64,000 nucleotides of DNA from the NCBI GenBank assembly GCA_963666175.2, contig CAXXTN010000003.1:33740-97739 (forward strand). The letters are read 5' to 3'. A model generated the notes under the pieces. That model was not told the DNA's origin and ran no database searches. It worked only from the letters and a program-made list of their open reading frames with translations. Below, piece by piece: positions 15,599 through 26,040 of this stretch. Source of the stretch: Candidatus Poribacteria bacterium. GTDB lineage: Bacteria > Poribacteria > WGA-4E > WGA-3G. Numbering within the stretch: the stretch's first letter is position 1; each line of letters opens with the position of its first letter. Made by a program: the position numbers and the translations under genes.

Positions 15599-16399
15599 CT
15601 AATACTTTTTAATTCTTGCCCAGTTTGTTGCTAATTTGCCTTTCGGGTCAACACTGACAGAACCATGCAAGCCATTTTCTTTTACCTCATTTACTTGATC
15701 TGCATCCAAGCCAGTGCTTAGAATTGCGAGTTCATCCATAATACCGTGTAAAAAATGGTGTCCAGTGAGACGGGCACCAATGTTCACAACTTGTTCTTGA
15801 CCACCCGTGTCCATCACATGATCATTACCAATCTTTTCTTGAAGATTACCATCAACATATAGGTGGTGGTCTTGGACAGAATCTGAACCGTTGGGAAAAA
15901 CCAATGCACAATGATGCCATTCGCCGTCACAGACATTATCGTTCCCGTAATTTTGTCCACCGTTGACCTCAATTCTCAAGAAGCATTCTTCACCTGTTGG
16001 GTGTGCTCGGATGTAATATTTTGCCCCAGCAGTATTCGGTCCCCATTTGACCCATGAATGTTGTCTTGTGGAGTCTGATTTAAACCAGAAAAGGATAGTC
16101 CGTGGGTCTGTACCCCCTACCCCGGCATATCCATCAATAATCAGGTTATCATCTTCGCCATCATACTGTAGTCCGGTTCCATAAACAGCATCTACCCATT
16201 GTGCACCTATGATTGTTCCATCGCGTCCGTTTGGAGATGAATCATAAGCGACATCACCTTCTCCTTCGTCAAATAGGTAGATAACTTCAACATTTGCATC
16301 TTCAATGACACGGGCATGGGTGATAGCCGTGACAGACAACACAAATATGAGGACCCCAAAACATAGTAGTAAAGTATTACTCTGATTTCTAACTTTCAT
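15599..16399 (-). CDS. Secreted LamG / concanavalin-A-like lectin-fold protein (paralogue of 11530..12330)
   Basis: Start moved to the ATG at 16399 (GGAGG 8 nt upstream), giving signal peptide MKVRNQSNTLLLCFGVLIFVLSVTAITHA. Shares DGEDDNLII, WFKSD, GEWHHCALVF and MDELAIL with its paralogue. Confidence 0.75.
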   Translation of the reverse strand: MKVRNQSNTLLLCFGVLIFVLSVTAITHARVIEDANVEVIYLFDEGEGDVAYDSSPNGRDGTIIGAQWVDAVYGTGLQYDGEDDNLIIDGYAGVGGTDPRTILFWFKSDSTRQHSWVKWGPNTAGAKYYIRAHPTGEECFLRIEVNGGQNYGNDNVCDGEWHHCALVFPNGSDSVQDHHLYVDGNLQEKIGNDHVMDTGGQEQVVNIGARLTGHHFLHGIMDELAILSTGLDADQVNEVKENGLHGSVSVDPKGKLATNWARIKKY

Positions 16400-16697
16400 C
16401 TTCGTTTCCTCCATAATGGAAGTTTGGTTCAGGAATATAGTTTTTGTGCCTTTTGCATTGGCACAATTCTTTTCAATACATTCACCATTAAACAATAATC
16501 GGTGTTACATAATTTATTTAACGACAGTTTATCTCATGTATTTTCAACCTATCTATAACATTAGTATATTAACAATATTTGTAAAATTATACAACAAGAA
16601 AATGGATTTCAACGGTAATTTGGTTTTATAGTGAAATGTAAATACGTGCACACTCCTCGGTAGATGCGGTTTCCTAACCGAATCTATGAGACTGAAC

Positions 16698-17174
16698 CAT
16701 AGGCGTCAATTTAAGGATTTATTTGCATGGCGATAACGTTCTTTAGTCCCGTAGGGACGGGATGTTTATAGCTAAACGCCGTCATCACATTTCTTAGTCC
16801 CATAGGGACGATATGTTTGTAATAACGGAAACGTATAAACATATCGTCCCTATGGGACTAAGAAATGGGTGTTGAACGTTGTGCTATAGACATATCGTCC
16901 CTACGGGACTGAGGACACTAATAAAATGGCTTGATATTCTTAAATTACGCCAGCCATTGTAGCGCGGGGTCTCCGTGCCCCGCCCATTGTTTGAATGTAG
17001 CAGGTTTCGGTGGGACACGGAGACCCGGGGAATGCCATAAGCGCATTCATACCCAGGGAACGCCAAAAGGCGTTCATACCGTTGATTCTTGATTTGGTGC
17101 TACAATAGGAATAGTAGTTTTGGACTATCTCAAATGCGTCCAACAAGAAAAAACCACTAAATTGACGCCTATAG
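16698..17174. repeat. ~450-bp composite hairpin block bounded by CATAGGCGTCAATTTA-type TIRs; an inverted copy lies at 20421..20852
   Basis: Hand alignment of this block against the reverse complement of 20421..20852. It has long identical runs, for example tcaatttaaggatttatttgcatggcgataacgttctttagtcccgtagggacgggatgtttatagctaaacgcc. Confidence 0.8.
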
Positions 17175-17355
17175 TTCGGTTAGGAAACTGAACCTACCGT
17201 AGTACGTAAATAATTATGGTTTTTACTATAAAGTAAGTTTGGTATAAGAGAAACGAAGTAAATTGTAGGTTAGGTTAAGGCAGAGAATGTAAGAGGCACA
17301 ATGAATTGCGCGACTACTAACCAGCAATTGCTTTAGAATGCTATGTTCTTAATTA

Positions 17356-17672
17356 ACGTGAGTTCGAATATAAGAGATTGGTTCATCAGGGGAATTCAAT
17401 TGAACAAAAGCAGTTCCAACGTAACCCAAAACACCTTCTTTGCTCCAGCGGAGCAATATGTTTATAGTATTCATCCGAACCAGTGTTTCCGCTCCAGCGG
17501 AGCGGTATGTGAGATTATCACACATAGCACTCCGCTGGAGTGCAAGAACTTTGTGTTTTGATTTTCTATAGACATAGCACTCCACTGGAGTGCAAGAACA
17601 TGCCCGTCATCAAATCTGTGATAAATGTGATATATTGTATCGGTTTTTCTAACCTTTATATCGAACTCACGT
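17356..17672 (+). mobile_element. MITE family 1, copy 2
   Basis: Same TIRs as copy 1, flanked by TA (17354-55 and 17673-74). Confidence 0.85.
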
Positions 17673-17700
17673 TAATTAGAAATGGTATAATAGCACTAGA

Positions 17701-19611
17701 TTACCCTGGCAGTGCATTCTGATAGTTCACCCCCGTGAACATTCCCAACACCATCCACGCGCCGACGATGCCAAATTCACCGACTATCAATCCCATAAAT
17801 AGTGGTCGGCATCGACGATAATATCCTATTCCACCTGATTTTAGGATTAAGAACTTCACAAACCATCCGACAAAGATACATGACCAGAGGAAATATGAGG
17901 AATAGACTGCTCCCATCACATAACCGATCGGGTGCAGCTGCCACCACATAAATTGTCGTTGCATGATGAGTAAAAATGATGTGATACCAACACCTAATAA
18001 CATGCTGTATGCTTCACCTAATTTCATATCCCTGGGATATTGGATTAGGGAAACGATATGATTGAAGTATCTTGGTGCCCCGATGAATGGACCGCTTTGC
18101 AGATTTACGCCACCTTTGTCATATATCAGTGGTAGGGATGCAGCGAAGGAAACACCGATTGCGACTACGATTGCAAGCATCATTGCTCCGAGAATTCTTT
18201 TGCGATTTACTCCGACAGGGTCTGCTGCTTTGAATCCATGGAGAACACTCGGCATTAAAATGCCACCCCAATCGCGCATCATGACGCGTTGAAACCCTAA
18301 GAGTGCTAAACTGTTGGCGTTGATGATTCTTGAACCTGTAACAATCTCAAAGTATTCTACGGGATACATCGGAGCTTGAATAAGTAGCATACCACCATTG
18401 ACCACCATCCACGATAAAGCGGTGGAAACAGTCAGGAACAGGATAATGATACTACATGCGACCCATAACGACATCCCCGCATACGCGCATAGCATGATAA
18501 GCAGAAGAAAACTGATACCACCTCCGAAAACTGCCCATCTATAGGGGAGTACTTCATTCGAATCGTCAATATTTGTCGAGGAGGATTTAGTGAATGTACG
18601 TTTCAGAATGTCTATGATGTGTGCACGACTGTTTATGAGAAAGGCGATTATCATTACAACATAAGCTGCCATCGTCTGACCTCTGGCGCAAATCCAAGGA
18701 CTGATAGGGATTGCAAATGCGTTGATCATGATGTATTGCAACTTGAAAACCAAAAAGAAAAACCAACAACTAAACGACACGTCCATTGCAAGAAAATAGG
18801 TTATTCCGATAACGGAGAAATAGAGGAAAAACCGAAATTGAGGCCACCATCGCATTACAATCCAAGGACGTTCGGTGAATGGTGCGTATAGGTCGTAGCG
18901 ATTTGGAATGGAGGGGAGTGCGGGAATATATTCGTGCAGTCCGTTGAGTAGATGAAATGCTGCAGCGATACCAAACCCTATCCAGACGAGTTTCTTGTTG
19001 AAAAGAGAACCTAATTTGGCTTGCGTTGCGGATTGCTGAACTAACTCTACAGGGACAGTCACAAGCGGAAATATAAATCTTTCGCGTTCTACCCACTGTT
19101 TTCGTAGAACAATTGAGACACAGATAGTTAGAAAATAGAGGAGTAGAATGAAAACGGACCACACGATTATCGGTTTTATCCAGAGTAGCCATGGAACGAC
19201 CGACTCTCCTTCGTAGAAATTGGTAACGGCACTTTTGTCCCACACGATTAGCCATTCAGGTAGGTGTGGATGGAGTGTTTCTGCCCATTCGTTTTCAGAT
19301 GTGGCAAAATAGACAGGTGCTGCTAAATATGGAAGCAAGAATCCGATCATTCCTTTGGAGGGGATCGCTGAACTGACACACATCATCACCCAAATGACTA
19401 TGAGTTCTGCCGGATTGAGCATCGCTTTTGGTAATATCTTTTTAAAGACAGAATTGATGACGAATGTCAGGAAAATGAGCGTGAATACTGCACCTAAAGG
19501 GAAGTGGTTACCAGAGATGTCTGTCCCTTGAAGGTAGTAGTCATTGTATGGCGTGATTGCTGTTTGAACGATGACGAGTGCTAACCCGATGAGAACGGCT
19601 CTTGGGGTCAT
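17701..19611 (-). CDS. Large polytopic membrane protein (14 or more TM), permease-like, unknown function
   Basis: 636-aa ORF that is strongly hydrophobic throughout. I cannot name a family with confidence. Confidence 0.7.
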   Translation of the reverse strand: MTPRAVLIGLALVIVQTAITPYNDYYLQGTDISGNHFPLGAVFTLIFLTFVINSVFKKILPKAMLNPAELIVIWVMMCVSSAIPSKGMIGFLLPYLAAPVYFATSENEWAETLHPHLPEWLIVWDKSAVTNFYEGESVVPWLLWIKPIIVWSVFILLLYFLTICVSIVLRKQWVERERFIFPLVTVPVELVQQSATQAKLGSLFNKKLVWIGFGIAAAFHLLNGLHEYIPALPSIPNRYDLYAPFTERPWIVMRWWPQFRFFLYFSVIGITYFLAMDVSFSCWFFFLVFKLQYIMINAFAIPISPWICARGQTMAAYVVMIIAFLINSRAHIIDILKRTFTKSSSTNIDDSNEVLPYRWAVFGGGISFLLLIMLCAYAGMSLWVACSIIILFLTVSTALSWMVVNGGMLLIQAPMYPVEYFEIVTGSRIINANSLALLGFQRVMMRDWGGILMPSVLHGFKAADPVGVNRKRILGAMMLAIVVAIGVSFAASLPLIYDKGGVNLQSGPFIGAPRYFNHIVSLIQYPRDMKLGEAYSMLLGVGITSFLLIMQRQFMWWQLHPIGYVMGAVYSSYFLWSCIFVGWFVKFLILKSGGIGYYRRCRPLFMGLIVGEFGIVGAWMVLGMFTGVNYQNALPG

Positions 19612-19639
19612 CTATTTTCTACCTCGCGATATATGAAGA

Positions 19640-20301
19640 AGATAAGAGGCGCAATGATGAAGATTAGTAACTATGGTGAAGCATATAAATTATATCTACA
19701 CTTTCTATCAACGGTAGGCGAGGTTTCCAACCTCGCCTCAGCAATGTGGAGAATTAATTCAATAAATAAATTGGGTAATTTGACTCCAAAGTCCGACTCG
19801 CTTCCAAACCGCCAAATCAAGAAATCAACGGTATGAACGCCTTTTGGCGTTCCCCGGGTATGAATGCCTTTTGGCATTCCCCGCCTACAGGGTTTGTGAA
19901 GTTTATAGTTACCCGTTTAATAACTATAGTTTGGACAATTTCTTTTGGTTACATACTGAGATTTCAAGCATTTACTAAATAATGTGAGTTTTCAATAGGA
20001 TAATAACTTGACGAAAATGTGTTAGAATAACCTAAGTTGCTACCTACTGAATATTAATCATCGAATTACTTTGTCAAACGAAGAAACAAAGGAATTCTGC
20101 ATATTTTAGTGCCACTTCATAACAATCGTGGTTGGAAACCACTCCAACTAATGATAGGTGGCAACTTGCGTTAGAATATCAAAATTAGTAGCCCCAGCGG
20201 GGCGAAATGTGTATTGAAGAAATAGGTATCATGACTGTGATGCTCTTTGTCTAGACTATTATTCAAGCCTATAAAAAAACTGTCCAAACTATAGTTTAAT
20301 A
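19640..20301. repeat. Hairpin/MITE mosaic
   Basis: Contains a REP-like GGTAGGCGAGGTT-TCC-AACCTCGCC. A 16-bp inverted pair AACTATAGTTTGGACA / TGTCCAAACTATAGTT (19922-19937 and 20281-20296) encloses a module also found at 29640-29794. Confidence 0.8.
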
Positions 20302-20931
20302 ACGTGAGTTTGATAATAGGTATATGAACTTCATTTTCCTAAATATTACTCTCATAGACCCGGTAGGTGCGGTTTCCTAACCAATGCAGAATACCAAACG
20401 CGTATTCTGGCATAGGCATCAATTTAGCTATTTTTTTCTTGTTAGATGCATCTGAGATAGTCCAAAACTGCCATTCCTATTGTAGCACCAAATCAACGGT
20501 ATGAATGCGCTTATGGCATTCCCCGGGTCTCCGTGCCCCGCCTAAACCTGCTACATTCAAACAACGTGCGGGGCACGGAGACCCCGCGCTACAATGGCAG
20601 GAGTAATTTAAGAAGATCAATCCGTTTTATTAGTGTGCTCAGTCCCGTAGGGACGATATGTCTATAGCACAACGTTCAATACCCATTTCTTAGTCCCGTA
20701 GGGACGCTATGTTTATACGTGTCGGTTGGTACAAACATATCGTCCCTACGGGACTAAAAGCTGTGATGATGGCGTTTAGCTATAAACATCCCGTCCCTAC
20801 GGGACTAAAGAACGTTATCGCCATGCAAATAAATCCTTAAATTGATGCCTAAGGTGCGGTTTCCTAACCAATTCAGAATACCAAACGCGTATTCTGATGG
20901 AATACAAATATTTGATTTATCAAACTCACGT
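20302..20931. mobile_element. Composite element bounded by MITE family 2 TIRs (ACGTGAGTTTGATAA / TTATCAAACTCACGT), enclosing the inverted ~450-bp block 20421..20852
   Basis: The TIRs were read directly at both ends. The interior is the reverse complement of 16698..17174. Confidence 0.7.
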
Positions 20932-21056
20932 TTAATAAGTTAATCTCCATTATTGCGCGACTACCTGCATTTTATGGTAGAGATACTGAGTCATTAGACA
21001 CTTGCACAAGCGAGGTCAGGAACTTCGCCTGTCATTTTGTCGGTTTGCCCCATACA

Positions 21057-22517
21057 CTAATGTGAAGCGACACGAGGTATCATCTGCGGATGTGCGTAGA
21101 CAGTGGCATCAAAACTCTTTTGGAACAGTTCCCACTTGATATCTTGGTAATCGGTATGTTCGGAAAGATCGTTGTGTTCCCACGGGTCATTTTCAAGGTC
21201 GTATAATTCGCATATACCTTTCTGATGATAGGTGACGAGTTTCCATCGTCTGTCTCGGTACATTGTAGCGTGTGTCTGGTCTTCAGTTGAGAGTGCTCCG
21301 AAAAACTCAGAACGTACTGCCTCTCGATGCTCTGAGACAGGTGCTTCGCCACACAACAATGGAGCAAGTGATTTGCCTTGGACGTAATAAGGGACATCTA
21401 TTCCTAATATGTCGTATAGTGTGGGGACAATATCAAGCAGTTCTACAAGTGCTTCAGTTTGAACGTTTTCCAAGAATTGAGTTGGATATGAAATGATGAG
21501 TGGCACCCTTGCCAATCCTTCATAGAAACGGCATCCTTTATGTGCTAAACCGTGGTCTCCAAGTGATTCTCCGTGATCAGAAGTAAAGATGACGATGGTG
21601 TTTTCTCGCTGTCCCTCAGCATCAAGGTGGTCAAGTATCCGTCCGAATTCGTGGTCAAGTTGTTCAATCATGCCGTAATAAGAAGCCTGCATCTTTTTAT
21701 GGTTCCACTCTTCGGGTGGTTTTGCCTGTGATTGAAAATCGATGCCTGCGTTTGTTAATTTGTTTTGAAAAGCGATATCGCTTTCTTGATAGTGACAGCC
21801 GGGTAATGTTTCTGGGTCGTAGCGACGGTAATATTCCCAAGGTGCATCAAAACCGGGATGGGGGTCGAATGGATTTATGTTTAGCATCCAAGGTTGATCT
21901 TTCTTTCGGTTTTTGTTGATAAATTCAATTGTTTTTTCGGTGCACCAGAAGGTTTGATGTAGATGCGGCGGTATATTATCGCAATCTGGTGTGGGTTCAG
22001 GAAATTGTCCTGTCTTTTTCTTCGGTTTCTGATTGACGACTCGTTGCTGTAATAATTTCCCAAGGTCTTCACCTTGTTCGCGTAACCAATCCGCGTATTC
22101 ATGTCCATAAGCCTTCGGTTTACCGTGGTCGTGACTATATTGGAAGTAGCGATAGCCATCGTTGACACGGTTTTCTTGTCCATCAAAGGCACTTGCAAGA
22201 TGGAGTTTCCCGATCAAACCGCAGTCATAACCGTTATCTGCAAGCACATGTGAGATTAACCTGTCTTCATAATATTCAGGGAAAACTGGGTTGCCGTTGC
22301 CGGTGACGCTAATGGCTGAAGGATACATACCAGTCATGAAACTTGCACGAGAGGGTGTGCAGATAGGTGATTGGCAATAGGCGTGTGTAAATGACGTTGA
22401 TTGGCTAACAAATTCGTCCAGCCGCGGTGTGTGGATGTGCGGGTTGCCTAATGCTCCAATGGTGTCAAATCGTTGTTGGTCTGTGCAGTACCACAAGATA
22501 TTTGGTCGGTTTTCCAT
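21057..22517 (-). CDS. Formylglycine-dependent sulfatase (arylsulfatase family)
   Basis: NILWYCTDQQR ... CQSPICTPSRASFMTG (C-x-P-S-R maturation motif) ... FTSDHGE. Confidence 0.85.
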   Translation of the reverse strand: MENRPNILWYCTDQQRFDTIGALGNPHIHTPRLDEFVSQSTSFTHAYCQSPICTPSRASFMTGMYPSAISVTGNGNPVFPEYYEDRLISHVLADNGYDCGLIGKLHLASAFDGQENRVNDGYRYFQYSHDHGKPKAYGHEYADWLREQGEDLGKLLQQRVVNQKPKKKTGQFPEPTPDCDNIPPHLHQTFWCTEKTIEFINKNRKKDQPWMLNINPFDPHPGFDAPWEYYRRYDPETLPGCHYQESDIAFQNKLTNAGIDFQSQAKPPEEWNHKKMQASYYGMIEQLDHEFGRILDHLDAEGQRENTIVIFTSDHGESLGDHGLAHKGCRFYEGLARVPLIISYPTQFLENVQTEALVELLDIVPTLYDILGIDVPYYVQGKSLAPLLCGEAPVSEHREAVRSEFFGALSTEDQTHATMYRDRRWKLVTYHQKGICELYDLENDPWEHNDLSEHTDYQDIKWELFQKSFDATVYAHPQMIPRVASH

Positions 22518-22790
22518 TTCTATTGTTGTTCCTTTATCGGTTTCTGATTTTTAGTGGTGAATTGACTGTTATTTTACCAAATCTTTGTGTTTTGATATAG
22601 GAAATTCTGTTTCCTAATTTGGACTTGAAGGATAATTAATGTGTTGCTATACTGCGGTATAGTCTCTAATCATATAGACACTATTGATGATACGCCTAAA
22701 TACCACAATACTCTATCCTAAACTCTTTTTTCACCAGAATATTATCTCCTTTTAAGAATCATGCAACCGTTTTCCTCCTAATTTGCGACA

Positions 22791-22895
22791 TTATAGTGAA
22801 TAACAAATATAAGTTGACACTTTCGTTCCACGGTAGGCGAGGTTTCCTAACCTCGCCGATGCAGAGTGTTCAGGTAATTTCAAAATCTACTATAT
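22791..22895 (+). repeat. 105-bp REP-hairpin element, copy immediately upstream of the second ECF sigma gene
   Basis: Near-identical to 8881..8985. It ends 46 nt before the ATG at 22942. Confidence 0.85.
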
Positions 22896-22941
22896 AATTT
22901 GATATATGATAAATCAAACTATTGCTTTTTGGAGATAGCAA

Positions 22942-25920
22942 ATGAAAAATGACGATGTTGAACTCATCCGACGAATTCTTAATGATGATCAAACAGCATT
23001 CGCAGAACTTGTAGAAAAGCATCAAAAATCGGTTCACGCACTTGCTTGGCGAAAATTAGGGGATTTTCACACTGCTGAAGATATTACCCAAGATGTTTTT
23101 CTTACCATATATCAAAGCCTTCATACCCTGAAAGATCCAAAAATGTTTTCTGGGTGGATGTATGTAATCACAACACGTCTTTGTGCCACATGGATCCGCA
23201 AGAATCGGATAAAAACGCAACCTTTAGAGGAGACTGAGACAACGATGCTACAGAAAGACGCTTATTCACAACATGTCGCAGAAGAGCGCGCAAAAACTGC
23301 GAATCAGACACAACGCGATATTGTGAAAAAACTGCTTGCGAAGTTGAAAGAGAGTGAACGCACAGTAATGACGCTCCATTATCTTGGTGAAATGACGGTT
23401 GAGGAGATTAGTCGATTTTTAGGTGTGTCTGCGGGCACAATCAAAAGTCGATTGCAACGTGCGCGGAACCGTCTACAAAAGGAGGAGACGATGATTAGAG
23501 AAGCACTTGACCATTTTCAGATTTCACCGAACCTGACAGGTAATATCATGGAGAAGGTATCGAGGCTAAGACCGGGAGCACCCACTGGGAGCAAACCTAT
23601 AATGCCGTGGACAATTGCTGTATCAAGTATAGTAATGGTTATTTTGATGTTCGGCATTGGCAACCAATACTTAGCACGTTTCCAAAAACCTTATAGTTTA
23701 GATGCTCAGGCTGAAATGACAGTAGAAATTGTTGACGCGTCTATTGTTCAGAATGTAGATGCAAAGCAGGATGAATTAAATCAACCTGGTAATCCAAATG
23801 TCCTTAGTGTAAGCGATAGTCTCGGTAAGAAATCCGAGGAAGTTCTATTGGCTGCTGCAGAAGCGGAAGGAGAAGACAATTCTGTTTCTAAGCAAGTGTG
23901 GATACCGTCTAAACCGATGTTTGGTAGTTCCGCACATAGTTTTCTTGCATCGCCTGATGGTGATCTGTATACGGTTATTCCGTCTTCTGGGAAGATCTAT
24001 AAATTACCTGCCAACGGGAAAGGGTGGCAAGACTTCTCTAACATTGAATCTTTGTATCAAATCCCATCGGGACAACAACAACCGCTTGGGACGTGGAACA
24101 GGACTTTGTATTTTTTCCCCTCTTCTGAACTTTACGAGTCTACAGATGATGGAAAGACATGGAATTTACTTTACTCTTGGAAGGAAAAGCATCAGGATCC
24201 TATTGGGTTGATTCTAAAGGACCACGCATTCTATATTGCTTTTGACAGTGGTGTTTATAGTTCCGAAGATTGGGGTAAGACTTGGCAAAGTATTAGTAAT
24301 GGATTCTCCGGAATTAATTCTTTAGTTGAAGTTAAAAACACACTTTTTGCCGGAACAGTAGACGGATTCTATCGTTTGGACGATAACGGGTGGAAACGCA
24401 TGAAATTACCAGAATCAATCAAACAGGTGTATTCAGTTACAACCAATAAAGAGTATGTTTATGTATTGGCAGAACTTAGTGAGGGTTGGGATGTTCCTGC
24501 GAAAGTAGCGCGAGGACATGAACGAGGTTGGGGTGTATTTCGCGGAAGTAAACTCGGAGATATGTGGCATGACATAACCCCTATAAACGCTTGGCCAGTA
24601 AATGGTTTTATACCTGATGCAAAACTAATTGCTGCCGGAGAGACACTCTTATTGATGGAGAGAGGCATGGTACGATCTCTCGATGGTGGATACACATGGT
24701 TATCTCCACAATTAGCAGATTCCTCACCTCTTATGGATAGTATAAGTCCTGCTGTCGTAGTGAATTCAGATACTATTTATGTCGGTAGTAACGATGGTCT
24801 TTATCGTTCAACTGATAGCGGTAAATCGTGGAACATGGTGAACATCACTCCAGATAAGGATAAGGGATTTCTATATGATCTCGTCGTGGATAGGGGTAAC
24901 GCTAATGAACAAAACGAAGTGACAACTCTGTATGGAAGACTCGGAGCAGATGTGATAAAAACTGCGGACAATGGTAAGTCTTGGATGAACGTTCCTGTTG
25001 AAATACTCATGTCGAAACCGCATAGAGAATCATCCCCATATATTAATCATATAGTCAAATCTGATGGCGTAATTTATGCAAGTGTAAATTATCACGGCGA
25101 AAGCGGGGATAGAGTCAGTCCATATCACCTATCTGCAAAGGGTAGAACGTTCGTGCGGATTCAGGATATTCCACTTTTTGACTCAGACCACTTTGAACCA
25201 CTGGATGTTGCACTGTTTAGGAAACAACCTGTTGAACATTTACAAAATAACTTTTCAGGGGCAGACCAATTCTTTAAGCAATTGGTTAAAGTGGATAATC
25301 GGAGACAAAGGAGCCTAATGCGGGAGGGGTTAAGTGGTGCGTTTGCTGTCAGTGGTGGAACATTTTATCTGGAATACAATTTTAAACTCTTCCGATGGGA
25401 ACATGGCGATTCAGAATGGTACGATACCGAACAAGAAGAAACTGTTGAATTGTCATTGGATATAGCAAAGAGAGATCTTAAACTTGCAGCATCAGGAAAT
25501 ACTCTTTATGTCGGGAAACGTGATGGTCACCTTGTCGCATCGTTTGATAAGGGAACAAATTGGCTTGATTTCACACCGGTTCTGCCGTTTCCTGTTAACG
25601 TTTTCAATGAGATTGTGTTTGTGGGTTCCACCGTGTATGTGGCAACAGATGCAGGTGTAACTTCATCAGATGGCGGGAAAAAGTGGCTTGCTGTCACCGA
25701 TGCAGATGGTACAAATCTCATCATGGAGTACATGGCTGTTGATGGAGCGACTCTCTACGGAATCACCAAAACCACAGGTGTTTATCGCTTGGAAAGCGGT
25801 AGTTGGAAACAGATTGTCTCGGAGATACCTAATCACATTACCTCTCTTGCAATTGAGGGTAACACCCTTTACGTTGGCACGGCAAACAACGGTATGCTTC
25901 ATTTTAACCTTGAAAAATAA
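22942..25920 (+). CDS. ECF sigma factor fused to a transmembrane helix and an extracytoplasmic BNR/Asp-box (sortilin/Ycf48-like) beta-propeller region
   Basis: Sigma regions 2 and 4 (DITQDVFLTIY; RFLGVSAGTIKSRLQRARNRL). TM segment PWTIAVSSIVMVILMFGIG. Seven Asp-box motifs: STDDGKTW, SEDWGKTW, SLDGGYTW, STDSGKSW, TADNGKSW, SFDKGTNW and SSDGGKKW. Confidence 0.8.
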   Translation: MKNDDVELIRRILNDDQTAFAELVEKHQKSVHALAWRKLGDFHTAEDITQDVFLTIYQSLHTLKDPKMFSGWMYVITTRLCATWIRKNRIKTQPLEETETTMLQKDAYSQHVAEERAKTANQTQRDIVKKLLAKLKESERTVMTLHYLGEMTVEEISRFLGVSAGTIKSRLQRARNRLQKEETMIREALDHFQISPNLTGNIMEKVSRLRPGAPTGSKPIMPWTIAVSSIVMVILMFGIGNQYLARFQKPYSLDAQAEMTVEIVDASIVQNVDAKQDELNQPGNPNVLSVSDSLGKKSEEVLLAAAEAEGEDNSVSKQVWIPSKPMFGSSAHSFLASPDGDLYTVIPSSGKIYKLPANGKGWQDFSNIESLYQIPSGQQQPLGTWNRTLYFFPSSELYESTDDGKTWNLLYSWKEKHQDPIGLILKDHAFYIAFDSGVYSSEDWGKTWQSISNGFSGINSLVEVKNTLFAGTVDGFYRLDDNGWKRMKLPESIKQVYSVTTNKEYVYVLAELSEGWDVPAKVARGHERGWGVFRGSKLGDMWHDITPINAWPVNGFIPDAKLIAAGETLLLMERGMVRSLDGGYTWLSPQLADSSPLMDSISPAVVVNSDTIYVGSNDGLYRSTDSGKSWNMVNITPDKDKGFLYDLVVDRGNANEQNEVTTLYGRLGADVIKTADNGKSWMNVPVEILMSKPHRESSPYINHIVKSDGVIYASVNYHGESGDRVSPYHLSAKGRTFVRIQDIPLFDSDHFEPLDVALFRKQPVEHLQNNFSGADQFFKQLVKVDNRRQRSLMREGLSGAFAVSGGTFYLEYNFKLFRWEHGDSEWYDTEQEETVELSLDIAKRDLKLAASGNTLYVGKRDGHLVASFDKGTNWLDFTPVLPFPVNVFNEIVFVGSTVYVATDAGVTSSDGGKKWLAVTDADGTNLIMEYMAVDGATLYGITKTTGVYRLESGSWKQIVSEIPNHITSLAIEGNTLYVGTANNGMLHFNLEK

Positions 25921-26040
25921 GGTCGTAAAGACTATAATTACTTGAACATTATTGAAAGCAGTCTTACAAAATGTACCTTTATCGGAATTTCAACCATATT
26001 AGATAACTGGTACAATCCGTTTGCCAACTAAACCTAAGTA

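Noticed and set aside
16884-17722. ORFs 16884..17146, 17343..17585 and 17540..17722
   Set aside because: Same reason: they fall in repeat-block and MITE sequence.
19633-19877. ORFs 19633..19836 and 19671..19877
   Set aside because: They are made from REP and GAAYGCC hairpin modules. The peptide GIHTRGTPKGVHTVDFLIWRF also appears in the 13343..13651 ORF because the DNA is a repeat.
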